A DNA stretch of 64,000 bases, from positions 14,306-78,305 of the forward strand of contig JAAWKA010000006.1 in the NCBI GenBank assembly GCA_022797145.1, given 5' to 3'. The notes under the pieces are model-generated. The model searched no databases. It worked only from the letters and a program-made list of their open reading frames with translations, and was not told where the DNA came from. This DNA is from Clostridia bacterium (GTDB lineage: Bacteria; Bacillota; Clostridia; TANB77; CAG-508). Each line of letters begins with the position of its first letter. Position 1 is the stretch's first letter. Positions 28,831 to 37,687 of this stretch are shown here, piece by piece. The position numbers and the translations under genes were made by a program.

Positions 28831-31085
28831 ATCATTATTTCCTTTTCTCCATTTATTGTCCTTTGTATAAAATCATTTTCTAATATATCATATTCTATAA
28901 CATTCTTTTTTGGGTTCCACAATTTATTTTCTGACACATAGTCTTTAAATTCTTTTTCTAAAGTTAATAATTCTAAATTTTCAGTTTTCATACCAGTACT
29001 TGTTATACCTGCATCATTTATTTTTGCAATTGGTATTTCATAATCAAAGTATTTCTTTATCAATGGTTTTGCTTCATCAATAACTATATTATCTAGTTCT
29101 GCTAATAATTTCAATATTTTCCTTTTTTCAGATGTTTTTTTGTCATTACATTCCTTCAATTGATTGTTAAGGTTAAAATATTTATCTTTATATTTTTCTC
29201 TCACTTCACATATTGCCTTTTTGACAGCTTTACTATAATCGTTTTCCTCTTCTTCAGTAAATTTTTTCATAAATATTAAACTGGGTTTAACAGTTGCACC
29301 AGCTGCAATAAACACATCTTGAGGAATAGAACAAATTAATAATATTTTTGCTTTTCCTTCAAAATAATCTCTTACTTTTTGTAGATTACTTGTATTTAAT
29401 ACTCCTTCTGGAAGAACCATTCCCATTCTTCCGCCTTTTTTTAGTAATCTTAAACATCTTTCCATAAATAATACTTCTGTTAAAGTTGAAACAGAGCCTA
29501 AATCATATAAATCTAACAATCTAGTATTTATATTATCATCAATTTGTTTTAAAGAGTTTATGTATGCTTCTCCATACTTAGCAATATATTCTTGTTTTGC
29601 TTCCTCATCTTTAAACTTATCATCTTCTGTTATTTTTTGGGTTTTGCCAATTCTTGAACCAAATGGAGGATTTGTAAGTATTACGTCAAACTTATTTTCA
29701 AATATTCCCCCAATATTTAATAAACCATCATGATGATGTACTCCTCCATGACCATCACCATGCATTATCATATTCATTTTAGATGTCCTTGCCATTCTTG
29801 GATTTGCATCTGTACCATATATACAATTATATGAAAGGTGGTGTAGTCTACTTTTTTTAAAATCGCTTACTAATTCTGTATTTAATAATAATTGCATTTT
29901 ATCTATTTTCTCATTTATAAGTATCTTTTCATTTTCTTTTAAATTTTCATAATTTTTTCCTTCAATAATTTTCCTTAGTTTTTCCTTCGATTCTTTAACA
30001 TCTTTTTCTATTTTTTCTCTAATGTATTCAAATGCTTTTATTAAAAAACCTCCACTACCACAAGTAGGATCGCAAATAAATTCACCTTCTTGGGGATCTA
30101 AAATATGTGTCATAAAATTTACTATGGTTCTAGGAGTAAAAAATTGCCCAAGTTCACCTCTGAATGTTTTTCCTAAAAATTCTTCAAAAGCGATACCTTT
30201 AACGTCATCTGATGTATCTGACAAATTATATTTTTGAAGTTTCTCTAATATAGCTTCAAAACTATTTTCTCGAATTTTAATTACTTCATTTGATTCAAAT
30301 AACTTATTAGTTCTATAAAAATGTTTTGCATCTTCAAATAAGGTTTGCATATATTCTTTTTTATCTGCATTATAATTTATTTTTTGATACTCTTCATAAA
30401 CCTTTTTATTTTCTTTATATTTCTTTAAAGTAAAGATTTCTTTACCCTTTACTTCTTTTTCATGTCTTATTTTAATAAACAATATTTTACTTATTTCATC
30501 AAATGCAGCTTCTGGTGATAACTTATCATTATTCCTAATTATATTATGGCATGTAAATAAAAGCCTAGCAAATTCATCTCTTGTAAAAGTTTTAGTTTCT
30601 GATAAAATTTCTTTTATACGTTTACTATCATTAACCTCATCAGCTTTGGGGATCGATAATATTTCTTCTAAGGCCATAGGTATTTCGCCTTTTACTACAT
30701 TAAAATACTTTGTTTCTTTTTGATTTGTTGTAACAAAAAATTTTGCTCCTGCCCATGAGGCATAATTATATCCTTGAAAATAATCTTCTTCATGCAATTT
30801 TACATTTTCTGCTTTACATTCTACAACGATAAATGCACTTTTATTTTCTCTTTTTTCTATTTTACTTTTCCATATAACAATATCTGCTCTAGCTTGTCCA
30901 TTCCCTCTTCTAGAATTATTTACTTGAACTTCTTGATCCATTTGTTCTTTTTCATATCCTAGTTCGTTAATTAAATGTAAAATAAACTCTTGCCTAACTA
31001 TTTCTTCAGGGGTTTCTATTAACCATGTATCTTTTAGAGGGGCATATATTTTTCCATCTTTTTTTTGTATATATATTTTTTCCAT
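28824..31085 (-). CDS. hsdM: N6-adenine DNA methyltransferase (HsdM-like, gamma class) fused to an N-terminal HSDR_N/PD-(D/E)xK nuclease-like domain (BcgI-A-like architecture)
   Basis: N-terminal ~130 aa carry D68 (RADIVIW) and E89-x-K91 (FIVVECKAE). SAM motif I is FICDPTCGSGGFL and catalytic motif IV is LTNPPFGS. 753 aa. RBS GGAGG. Confidence 0.8.
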   Translation of the reverse strand: MEKIYIQKKDGKIYAPLKDTWLIETPEEIVRQEFILHLINELGYEKEQMDQEVQVNNSRRGNGQARADIVIWKSKIEKRENKSAFIVVECKAENVKLHEEDYFQGYNYASWAGAKFFVTTNQKETKYFNVVKGEIPMALEEILSIPKADEVNDSKRIKEILSETKTFTRDEFARLLFTCHNIIRNNDKLSPEAAFDEISKILFIKIRHEKEVKGKEIFTLKKYKENKKVYEEYQKINYNADKKEYMQTLFEDAKHFYRTNKLFESNEVIKIRENSFEAILEKLQKYNLSDTSDDVKGIAFEEFLGKTFRGELGQFFTPRTIVNFMTHILDPQEGEFICDPTCGSGGFLIKAFEYIREKIEKDVKESKEKLRKIIEGKNYENLKENEKILINEKIDKMQLLLNTELVSDFKKSRLHHLSYNCIYGTDANPRMARTSKMNMIMHGDGHGGVHHHDGLLNIGGIFENKFDVILTNPPFGSRIGKTQKITEDDKFKDEEAKQEYIAKYGEAYINSLKQIDDNINTRLLDLYDLGSVSTLTEVLFMERCLRLLKKGGRMGMVLPEGVLNTSNLQKVRDYFEGKAKILLICSIPQDVFIAAGATVKPSLIFMKKFTEEEENDYSKAVKKAICEVREKYKDKYFNLNNQLKECNDKKTSEKRKILKLLAELDNIVIDEAKPLIKKYFDYEIPIAKINDAGITSTGMKTENLELLTLEKEFKDYVSENKLWNPKKNVIEYDILENDFIQRTINGEKEIMIW

Positions 31086-31413
31086 TATGAACCTCCATAG
31101 CCACTTTTTTGTTGATTATATCACACATCTCTTTTATGTCCAACTTTATGTATGAAAAAACAAAATTTTTCTACAATATTTTACTTTATAGCCTGTATAG
31201 CAAGAATAGATGCCAGATATTTTTCTTTGCTGATTTTTAATTATTATCATTCTTATATTTTTTAAAATTCTTGAAACATTAATATATGGAAATTCGCCCC
31301 TCCAGTATATGGAAAATTGCACACTAGACAACAGGAAGCTCAAATCATAGCTAAAATGTATGAGATTATTTATTATAAAGTTGAAAACCTTAGAAGAAAA
31401 TCATAACATACAT

Positions 31414-31452
31414 AAAAAATACCTACTAACTTCGTTTTATAGTAGGTATTTT
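31414..31452. terminator. Hairpin terminator downstream of the 31463-31876 gene
   Basis: About 12-bp stem AAAATACCTACT / AGTAGGTATTTT flanked by A/T runs. Confidence 0.6.
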
Positions 31453-31462
31453 CATTTTATAT

Positions 31463-31876
31463 TTAATCTTTATAATATTTTCCAACTCCATCAGTTTTGG
31501 TAAATACTGTATTACTTGTTATATTATATTTTCCCCATTCTGTTCTGCTAGAAGTTGTAAAAGTAATAACATTTCCTTGTACCTTATATGTACCATTAAA
31601 TTTTGTGTTTTTATTGTTAGTAGATGTCCATGTTGTTTCAGTAAAATTTCCTTTTCCATCAATAACCATAGTTGTTTTTGTTCTTTTATTTTCAATATCG
31701 TGCGGATTCCAATATGTCCATGTTCCGACATACTGGTCTAAATTTCCCTTTAGAGTGTTGCTAGGGTTGTTCTTCGTAGTCCTGCTATTCTTGCTCGATA
31801 ATCTCGCAAGAATTATGCCCATTTCGTGTGCATACCACAGGGTTTGGGTTTGTTCTTGCGGGGGAGTGTCGCCCAA
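31463..31876 (-). CDS. Hypothetical beta-rich protein, probably 5'-truncated or remodelled
   Basis: The C-terminal ~100 aa (GTWTYWNPHD...GTYKVQGNVITFTT...) use normal AT-rich codons. The first ~45 codons lie in a GC-rich segment with atypical GC-ending codons. There is no signal peptide and no RBS, and the nominal start is TTG. Confidence 0.4.
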   Translation of the reverse strand: MGDTPPQEQTQTLWYAHEMGIILARLSSKNSRTTKNNPSNTLKGNLDQYVGTWTYWNPHDIENKRTKTTMVIDGKGNFTETTWTSTNNKNTKFNGTYKVQGNVITFTTSSRTEWGKYNITSNTVFTKTDGVGKYYKD

Positions 31877-31900
31877 CGCTCATCTTTCTCTGGGGTTGTA
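31755..31900. other. GC-rich structured element of unknown identity (candidate ncRNA or mobile-element end)
   Basis: Local G+C is far above the surroundings. CGCAAGAA (31805-31812) can pair with either of two TTCTTGC copies (31788-31794 or 31853-31860). Confidence 0.3.
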
Positions 31901-32279
31901 TTTATTGTATTATGGGAAACTTGGGTATTTCTTTTTGTATAATAATTTTGAAAAATTATTATATTTATTATTTTACTTGTAATTTTTGTTTTTTATTTGA
32001 AAAAATTTTCTAAAAATTTTTACCCAAATTACCCAAACTTGAAATAATTATCTATTTTTAGTATATTTTTATTTCTTCTTGCTTTTTCTCCTGTAACTCT
32101 TGATTACTATTTTATGGGGTTATTTTTTGCTTTTTATTGACCTAAGTTGCCGTTCTTACTTTAATGTAATAAACAAAATGATTAACTTCATGAATCTTAG
32201 TCGTCAAAATTGGTCGGAAATTATAAAAATTCTTAAAATTAAAAAAAACACAATAATCTTTGAAATTATTGTGTCTGTT

Positions 32280-32355
32280 TGGTTGCGGGGGGTAGACTCG
32301 AACTACCGACCTTTGGGTTATGAGCCCAACGAGCTGCCAACTGCTCCACCCCGCG
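32280..32355 (-). tRNA. Initiator tRNA-fMet (anticodon CAT)
   Basis: The reverse complement CGCGGGGTGGAGCAGTTGGCAGCTCGTTGGGCTCATAACCCAAAGGTCGGTAGTTCGAGTCTACCCCCCGCAACCA folds as a cloverleaf. It has a C1xA72 mismatch and three G-C pairs closing the anticodon stem, both initiator hallmarks. Confidence 0.9.
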
Positions 32356-32377
32356 ATGTTTAAATACTCTGTTAATT

Positions 32378-32407
32378 ATTATATATCATTTTCTTTTATA
32401 ATGTCAA
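32378..32407 (-). promoter_or_regulatory. Sigma-A-type promoter of tRNA-fMet
   Basis: On the minus strand: TTGACA (32407-32402), 18-nt spacer, TATAAT (32383-32378). Confidence 0.55.
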
Positions 32408-33035
32408 GATTTTTTTAAATTTAATGATATTTATTAATTAAAATATTATATATATAGTATTTTATTAAACTTTTGTAAAATTATGCATAAAACTAGAAAA
32501 TAAAAAATAAATAACTGTAAATGAATGCAAATCATTGACAATTTATATATTTATAGTAATAATAGAAATTAATAAAATAAAAATGAATATAGAAAAATTT
32601 AAACAGATCACACAAAAAGATTTATAAATAGAAGAGGTAGTTGTAAAAGACAAAATAATAGATATAGTATAAAATATTTAATAATCTAAACAGTGAAGGA
32701 AGAATTTCACAAGATTTGAACATTATTAATAATGATGAAGGCAAGATGAATTAAAACATGATAGAGAAAAATTAGAAAAACTGAAGACTTTAGAGACTAG
32801 GAAAGCAGATCAAGATTCTATCCACCATTATACTTACTAACAACTTACAAGATTTTTCAAGTAAAATGGAATTTAAAAATGTATTATTAAGTAAAAATTC
32901 TTCAGTGGATAGTTCTAATATTTTCTAAAATCTGTACAATATAAAAATGATTATAATATTTAACCAAATAAAAAAGAAAAAAATTACATATTTTATAATA
33001 TAAAATATGTAATATTTATTATAAAGGAGTCTGTC

Positions 33036-33617
33036 ATGAATTATGAAAAAATAAAAGAAGAAGTGAAACAAATACTTTCTAAAAAAAGATACATACATAC
33101 GATAGGAGTAGTAAAAAGAATAGAAGAACTTGCTAAAATATACAATGAAGATATACAAAAAGCAAAATTAGTAGCAATTTCACATGATATAGCAAAAGAA
33201 ATGAGTAAAGAGCAAATAGATGAATACATACAAAAAAATAATATAAAAATAGATAAAATAGAAGAAAAAGAAAAAGGACTATTACATGCAAAAATAGGAG
33301 CAGACATATGTGTAAAAAAATATGCATTTACAAAAGAAATGGAAGAATCAATACTGTATCATACAACTGGAAACATAAAAATGAATAATTTAGCCAAAAT
33401 TCTATACTTAGCAGATAAAACAGAAGAAAATAGAACATATGCAGAACTTCAAGAAGCAATACAAATATCGAATGAAAATTTAGATGAGGGAATATTATAT
33501 ATAACAGGAAAAACAATAAATAAAAGCATAAAAGATAAAAAACTTATACATCCAGATACTATAGACTTAATTAATGAAATTATAATAAAAAAATGGAATA
33601 GCATAAATAAAATGTAA
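33036..33617 (+). CDS. yqeK: HD-domain bis(5'-nucleosyl)-tetraphosphatase YqeK
   Basis: RYIHTIGVVKRIEELAKIY...VAISHDIAKE (HD motif) and ..LYHTTG.. ..LYLADK.. are typical of YqeK. Confidence 0.75.
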   Translation: MNYEKIKEEVKQILSKKRYIHTIGVVKRIEELAKIYNEDIQKAKLVAISHDIAKEMSKEQIDEYIQKNNIKIDKIEEKEKGLLHAKIGADICVKKYAFTKEMEESILYHTTGNIKMNNLAKILYLADKTEENRTYAELQEAIQISNENLDEGILYITGKTINKSIKDKKLIHPDTIDLINEIIIKKWNSINKM

Positions 33618-33642
33618 TATAAATAAGTAGGAAGGATTTATT

Positions 33643-35034
33643 ATGAAAGAAATAAAAGTAAAAGATATTTTAGAAATATGTAATGCAACCCTAATATTTG
33701 GAGATCTAGAACAACCATGTGAAAATTTCACAAAAGATACAAGACAAATAGAACAAGGAGATGTATATATAGGGCTAAAGGGTAATAACTTTAATGGAAG
33801 TATGCTATACGAAGAAGCATTAAAACAAGGAGCAAAAGTATGTATAATAGAAAATAACAATAAAATAAATCCATATATAGAAGAAAAATATAAAGGCACA
33901 AGTATAATAGTAGTAAAAAATACATTAGAAGCCCTACAAAAAATTGCAATATATAAAAGAAGTCTATATAAAATACCTGTAGTTGCAATAACTGGAAGTG
34001 TAGGAAAAACAAGCACAAAAGACATGATTGCAAGTGTATTAGAACAAAAATATAAAGTTTTAAAAACACAAGGCAATTACAATAATCACATAGGATTACC
34101 ACTAACAATATTAAAATTAAAAAATCATGAAATACTTGTTGTAGAAATGGGAATGAGCGAATTAGGAGAAATTAAAGTATTAACAAATATTGCAAAACCA
34201 ACGATTAGTGTAATAACCAATATTGGAACATCACACATAGGAAACTTAGGATCAAGAGAGAATATATTAAAAGCAAAATTAGAAATATTAGAAGGAATGG
34301 ATAATAAAGGAATTCTTGTCATAAATAATGACAATGATTTACTTAATGAATGGAACAAACAAAATAAAAGATATATTACAAAAACCTTTGGAATAAATAA
34401 TAAAAGTAATACCACAGCAGAAAATATAGAAAAAGGAGAAACATCAAGTAAAATAACATTAAAAATAGAACAAGAGACAATATCATGTAAAATACCTGTA
34501 GGAGGAACAGCATTTGTATACAATGCAATTTGTGCAGCTACTGTAGGTAAAATAATGGAAATAGAAAAAGAAAAAATCATTACAGGAATAGAAAACTTTG
34601 AACTTACCAAAAACAGAATGGATATAATAAAAAATACAAAAGATATAACCATAATAAATGACAGCTACAATGCAAACTATGAATCTATGAAAAATGCAAT
34701 AGAAAATTTGGCAACAATAAAAGCCAAAAGAAAAATAGCAATATTAGGAGACATGTTAGAACTAGGAGAACATTCAAAAAATCTACATGAAAGAGTAGGA
34801 GAAGAGATCATAAAAAATAAAATAGACATATTAATATGTGTAGGAAAAGAATCAAAATATATTATAAAAAAAGTAGAAGAACAAAAAATGAATATAAATA
34901 ATATATACTATTTTAGTACAAATGAAGAAGCTATAAAGAAAATAAAACTATTATTAAAACCAGAAGATGCAATATTAATAAAAGCATCAAATGGAATGAA
35001 ATTTAGCGAAATAGTAAAAGAAATTTCTAAATAA
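33643..35034 (+). CDS. murF: UDP-N-acetylmuramoyl-tripeptide--D-alanyl-D-alanine ligase
   Basis: Mur ligase P-loop ITGSVGKTSTKDM, ..VVEMGMS.., and C-terminal ..ILGDMLELG... Confidence 0.9.
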   Translation: MKEIKVKDILEICNATLIFGDLEQPCENFTKDTRQIEQGDVYIGLKGNNFNGSMLYEEALKQGAKVCIIENNNKINPYIEEKYKGTSIIVVKNTLEALQKIAIYKRSLYKIPVVAITGSVGKTSTKDMIASVLEQKYKVLKTQGNYNNHIGLPLTILKLKNHEILVVEMGMSELGEIKVLTNIAKPTISVITNIGTSHIGNLGSRENILKAKLEILEGMDNKGILVINNDNDLLNEWNKQNKRYITKTFGINNKSNTTAENIEKGETSSKITLKIEQETISCKIPVGGTAFVYNAICAATVGKIMEIEKEKIITGIENFELTKNRMDIIKNTKDITIINDSYNANYESMKNAIENLATIKAKRKIAILGDMLELGEHSKNLHERVGEEIIKNKIDILICVGKESKYIIKKVEEQKMNINNIYYFSTNEEAIKKIKLLLKPEDAILIKASNGMKFSEIVKEISK

Positions 35035-35048
35035 AAAGGGGGAAATCT

Positions 35049-36110
35049 ATGAATAAGACAAAAGTAGGAGTTATTTTTGGAGGAATCTCAACAGAACATG
35101 AAGTATCCATAATATCAGCTACATCTGTTATAGAAAACTTAGATAAAGAAAAATATGAAATTTTACCAATATACATAGATAAAAAAGGAGAATGGTATGA
35201 GTACATAAAACCAGTTGAAGAAATAAAAACATTAGAAATAAATGAAGATATTACACCAATAAAAAAAATAGAAAACATAATAGAATATCTAAAAAAAATA
35301 GAAGTAATATTTCCAGTATTACATGGAATAGGAGGAGAAGATGGAACAATACAAGGACTTTTTGAATTAATAAAAGTACCATATGTAGGATGTGGAGTAT
35401 TTGCATCAAGCAGTGGAATGGATAAAGTATATACAAAAATTATTTTAGAAAAAGCACAAATAAACCAAGTAAAATATGAATACATAAAAAAATGTAAAAA
35501 TAATTATAAATATATAAATAAAAACTTTCAAGAAGAAATATTAACATTAGAAGAAATAACAAAAAAAATAGAAGAAAAATTAAAATATCCAATGTTTATA
35601 AAACCATCGAACTCAGGTTCAAGTGTAGGTGTAAATAAAGCTAAAAATAAAGAAGAACTAAAAAAATATATAGAACATGCAGAAAAATTTGATAAAAAAA
35701 TATTAATAGAAGAAGGAATAGAAGCAAAAGAAATAGAATGTGCAGTCTTAGGAAATGAAGAAGTAGAAACTTCATGTTTAGGGCAAATCATACCAGCAGA
35801 AGATTTTTATAGTTATAGCTCAAAATATAAAAATACAGAATCTAAAGTAATCATACCAGCAGATATAGACAAAGAAATTTCTAATCAAATTAGAGAACTT
35901 GCAATAAGGGCATTTAAAGCAATAGATGGTAAAGGACTATCTAGAGTAGATTTTTTTATAGAGAACAAGACAAATAAAATTTATATTAATGAAATTAATA
36001 CATTACCAGGATTTACTAAAATAAGTATGTACCCTAAACTATTTTCACAAATAGGAATACAATATAAAGAATTACTAGATAAACTAATACAATTAGCATT
36101 AGAAAAATAA
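35049..36110 (+). CDS. ddl: D-alanine--D-alanine ligase
   Basis: ATP-grasp motifs: VGVIFGGISTEHEVS, FPVLHGIGGEDGTIQG, FIKPSNSGSSVGV, NEINTLPGFT. Confidence 0.9.
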   Translation: MNKTKVGVIFGGISTEHEVSIISATSVIENLDKEKYEILPIYIDKKGEWYEYIKPVEEIKTLEINEDITPIKKIENIIEYLKKIEVIFPVLHGIGGEDGTIQGLFELIKVPYVGCGVFASSSGMDKVYTKIILEKAQINQVKYEYIKKCKNNYKYINKNFQEEILTLEEITKKIEEKLKYPMFIKPSNSGSSVGVNKAKNKEELKKYIEHAEKFDKKILIEEGIEAKEIECAVLGNEEVETSCLGQIIPAEDFYSYSSKYKNTESKVIIPADIDKEISNQIRELAIRAFKAIDGKGLSRVDFFIENKTNKIYINEINTLPGFTKISMYPKLFSQIGIQYKELLDKLIQLALEK

Positions 36111-36120
36111 GAGGTAAAAT

Positions 36121-36528
36121 ATGGAAAAATATGAAATAGAATTGGAAATAAAATCACAACAAATATTTGAAGAAAAGAAAGAAGAAGAAAATAATAGATG
36201 TAGAGGACAAATAGAATACAAACCAAAAGAAACAAAATTACAGTTTGTAAAAAACTATGAAGAACAAACATTAAATTTTGATATAATAATAACTGAAAAT
36301 AAAGTAATAACAAAAAGAAATGGTCAAGAAATGACATTTGATTTAGAAAAAACAACAAAAAGTGAAATGCAAACTCCATATGGAAATATAAAAATGTATA
36401 TAAAGACAAATAAAATAGATATAAGAAAAGAAGAAAATAAAATAAAACAAATTAATTTAGAATACAATATAAATTTGGAAAATGAAATACAATATCTAAA
36501 TAAAATAAATATAAAAATAGAATATTAA
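36121..36528 (+). CDS. DUF1934 (YwiB-like) beta-barrel protein
   Basis: 135 aa. The segment ..ITKRNGQEMTFDLEKTTKSEMQTPYGNIKMYIKT.. matches the Y.TPYG core of the family. Confidence 0.55.
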   Translation: MEKYEIELEIKSQQIFEEKKEEENNRCRGQIEYKPKETKLQFVKNYEEQTLNFDIIITENKVITKRNGQEMTFDLEKTTKSEMQTPYGNIKMYIKTNKIDIRKEENKIKQINLEYNINLENEIQYLNKINIKIEY

Positions 36529-36542
36529 TAAAAAATACCTAA

Positions 36543-36567
36543 AAATCACTATAAAGTGATTTTTTTG
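36543..36567 (+). terminator. Rho-independent terminator
   Basis: AAATCACT-ATAA-AGTGATTT followed by a T-run. Confidence 0.7.
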
Positions 36568-36591
36568 TTACCATAATTTTTATTTTTAGTA

Positions 36592-36620
36592 TTGAAAAAT
36601 AATATAAAACTTGATATAAT
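36592..36620 (+). promoter_or_regulatory. Sigma-A-type promoter of the J-domain gene
   Basis: TTGAAA, 17-nt spacer, TG-extended TATAAT (36615-36620). Confidence 0.55.
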
Positions 36621-36653
36621 AAGCAAAACCATGAAATAATGGGAGGATGTTAA

Positions 36654-37562
36654 ATGATATTTAAAGACTATTATAAAATACTAGAATTAGAAACTAATAA
36701 AGTAACAATGGAGCAAATAAAAACAGCATACAGAGAACAAGCAAAAAAGTACCATCCAGATGTTAATGTAAAAGATAAATTTTCAGAAGAAAGATTTAAA
36801 GATATAAATGAGGCATATAGAATATTATCACAAGGACCTTCAAAAAGAAAATATGATAGAATGTGGAACTCACATGTAGGAAATAAAAAGAAAAAACAAG
36901 AATATGAAGAAACAAAAAAAAGTATAGATACAGTGTTTGCCGATTTTTTTAATATGTTTTTTGGAAATATAAAACAACAAAATGATGAAGAAAAAATAAA
37001 AACTTCTAAGAAAAATCCACCTATAAAAGGAGAAAATGTAGAAACAGAAATAACAATAACAGTAGAACAAGCCTTTTATGGAATAAGTAAAAAAATATCA
37101 CTAAGAACAGTAGATGGAAAAATGAAAACATTTAGTGTAAAAGTTCCAGCAGGCATAAGAAATGGAGAAAAAATAAGACTTATAGGACAAGGAAAAATAG
37201 GATATAATGGTGGAAAGAATGGAGATCTATTTATAAGAATACAAATAGAGGCTAACAAAAAATTTGAATTAATAGGATATGATTTATATACATCATTATA
37301 TTTAACACCATCAGAAGCGGCACTAGGAACAAGAGTAAACTTAGAAGGAATTGATGATACTATATCAATATTTGTACCAGCAGGAATAGCAAGTGGAGAA
37401 AAACTAAAAATTCCACAAAAGGGATATAAAGATGGCAAAGGTGAAAGAGGAGACTTAACAGCAATAGTTAAAATTGTTGTACCAAAAGAACTAACTAATG
37501 AAGAAAAGAAATTATATGAAAAACTAAAAGAAATTTCAAAATTTAACCCAAGAACTGCATAA
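36654..37562 (+). CDS. cbpA: J-domain co-chaperone, CbpA-like (DnaJ without a zinc-finger domain)
   Basis: J domain YYKILELE...AKKYHPDVN, no CxxCxGxG repeats, and DnaJ C-terminal beta domains (..GDLFIRIQIE.., ..GERGDLTAIVKIVVP..). Confidence 0.75.
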   Translation: MIFKDYYKILELETNKVTMEQIKTAYREQAKKYHPDVNVKDKFSEERFKDINEAYRILSQGPSKRKYDRMWNSHVGNKKKKQEYEETKKSIDTVFADFFNMFFGNIKQQNDEEKIKTSKKNPPIKGENVETEITITVEQAFYGISKKISLRTVDGKMKTFSVKVPAGIRNGEKIRLIGQGKIGYNGGKNGDLFIRIQIEANKKFELIGYDLYTSLYLTPSEAALGTRVNLEGIDDTISIFVPAGIASGEKLKIPQKGYKDGKGERGDLTAIVKIVVPKELTNEEKKLYEKLKEISKFNPRTA

Positions 37563-37601
37563 AATCTTCATAAAACAAATTAACATAAAAAGATATATAT
37601 G

Positions 37602-37630
37602 TTGACAATTCAATATATACAGTATATAAT
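37602..37630 (+). promoter_or_regulatory. Perfect-consensus sigma-A promoter ahead of the 37688-40500 cluster
   Basis: TTGACA (37602-37607), 17-nt spacer, TATAAT (37625-37630). Confidence 0.65.
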
Positions 37631-37687
37631 TATGTATAGTGGCAAAAATTATACATAAGATAAAAGTAGAATGGAGTGTAATAGAAA

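Noticed and set aside
21255-32355. Calling the accessory island an integrative mobile element or prophage remnant
   Set aside because: I could find no integrase, recombinase, transposase or phage structural gene, and no att-like repeat. Only the position next to a tRNA and the defence-gene content support horizontal origin.
32100-32363. 87-aa plus-strand ORF
   Set aside because: Its C-terminal third is simply the antisense of the initiator tRNA gene. The rest is AT-rich spacer with no RBS.
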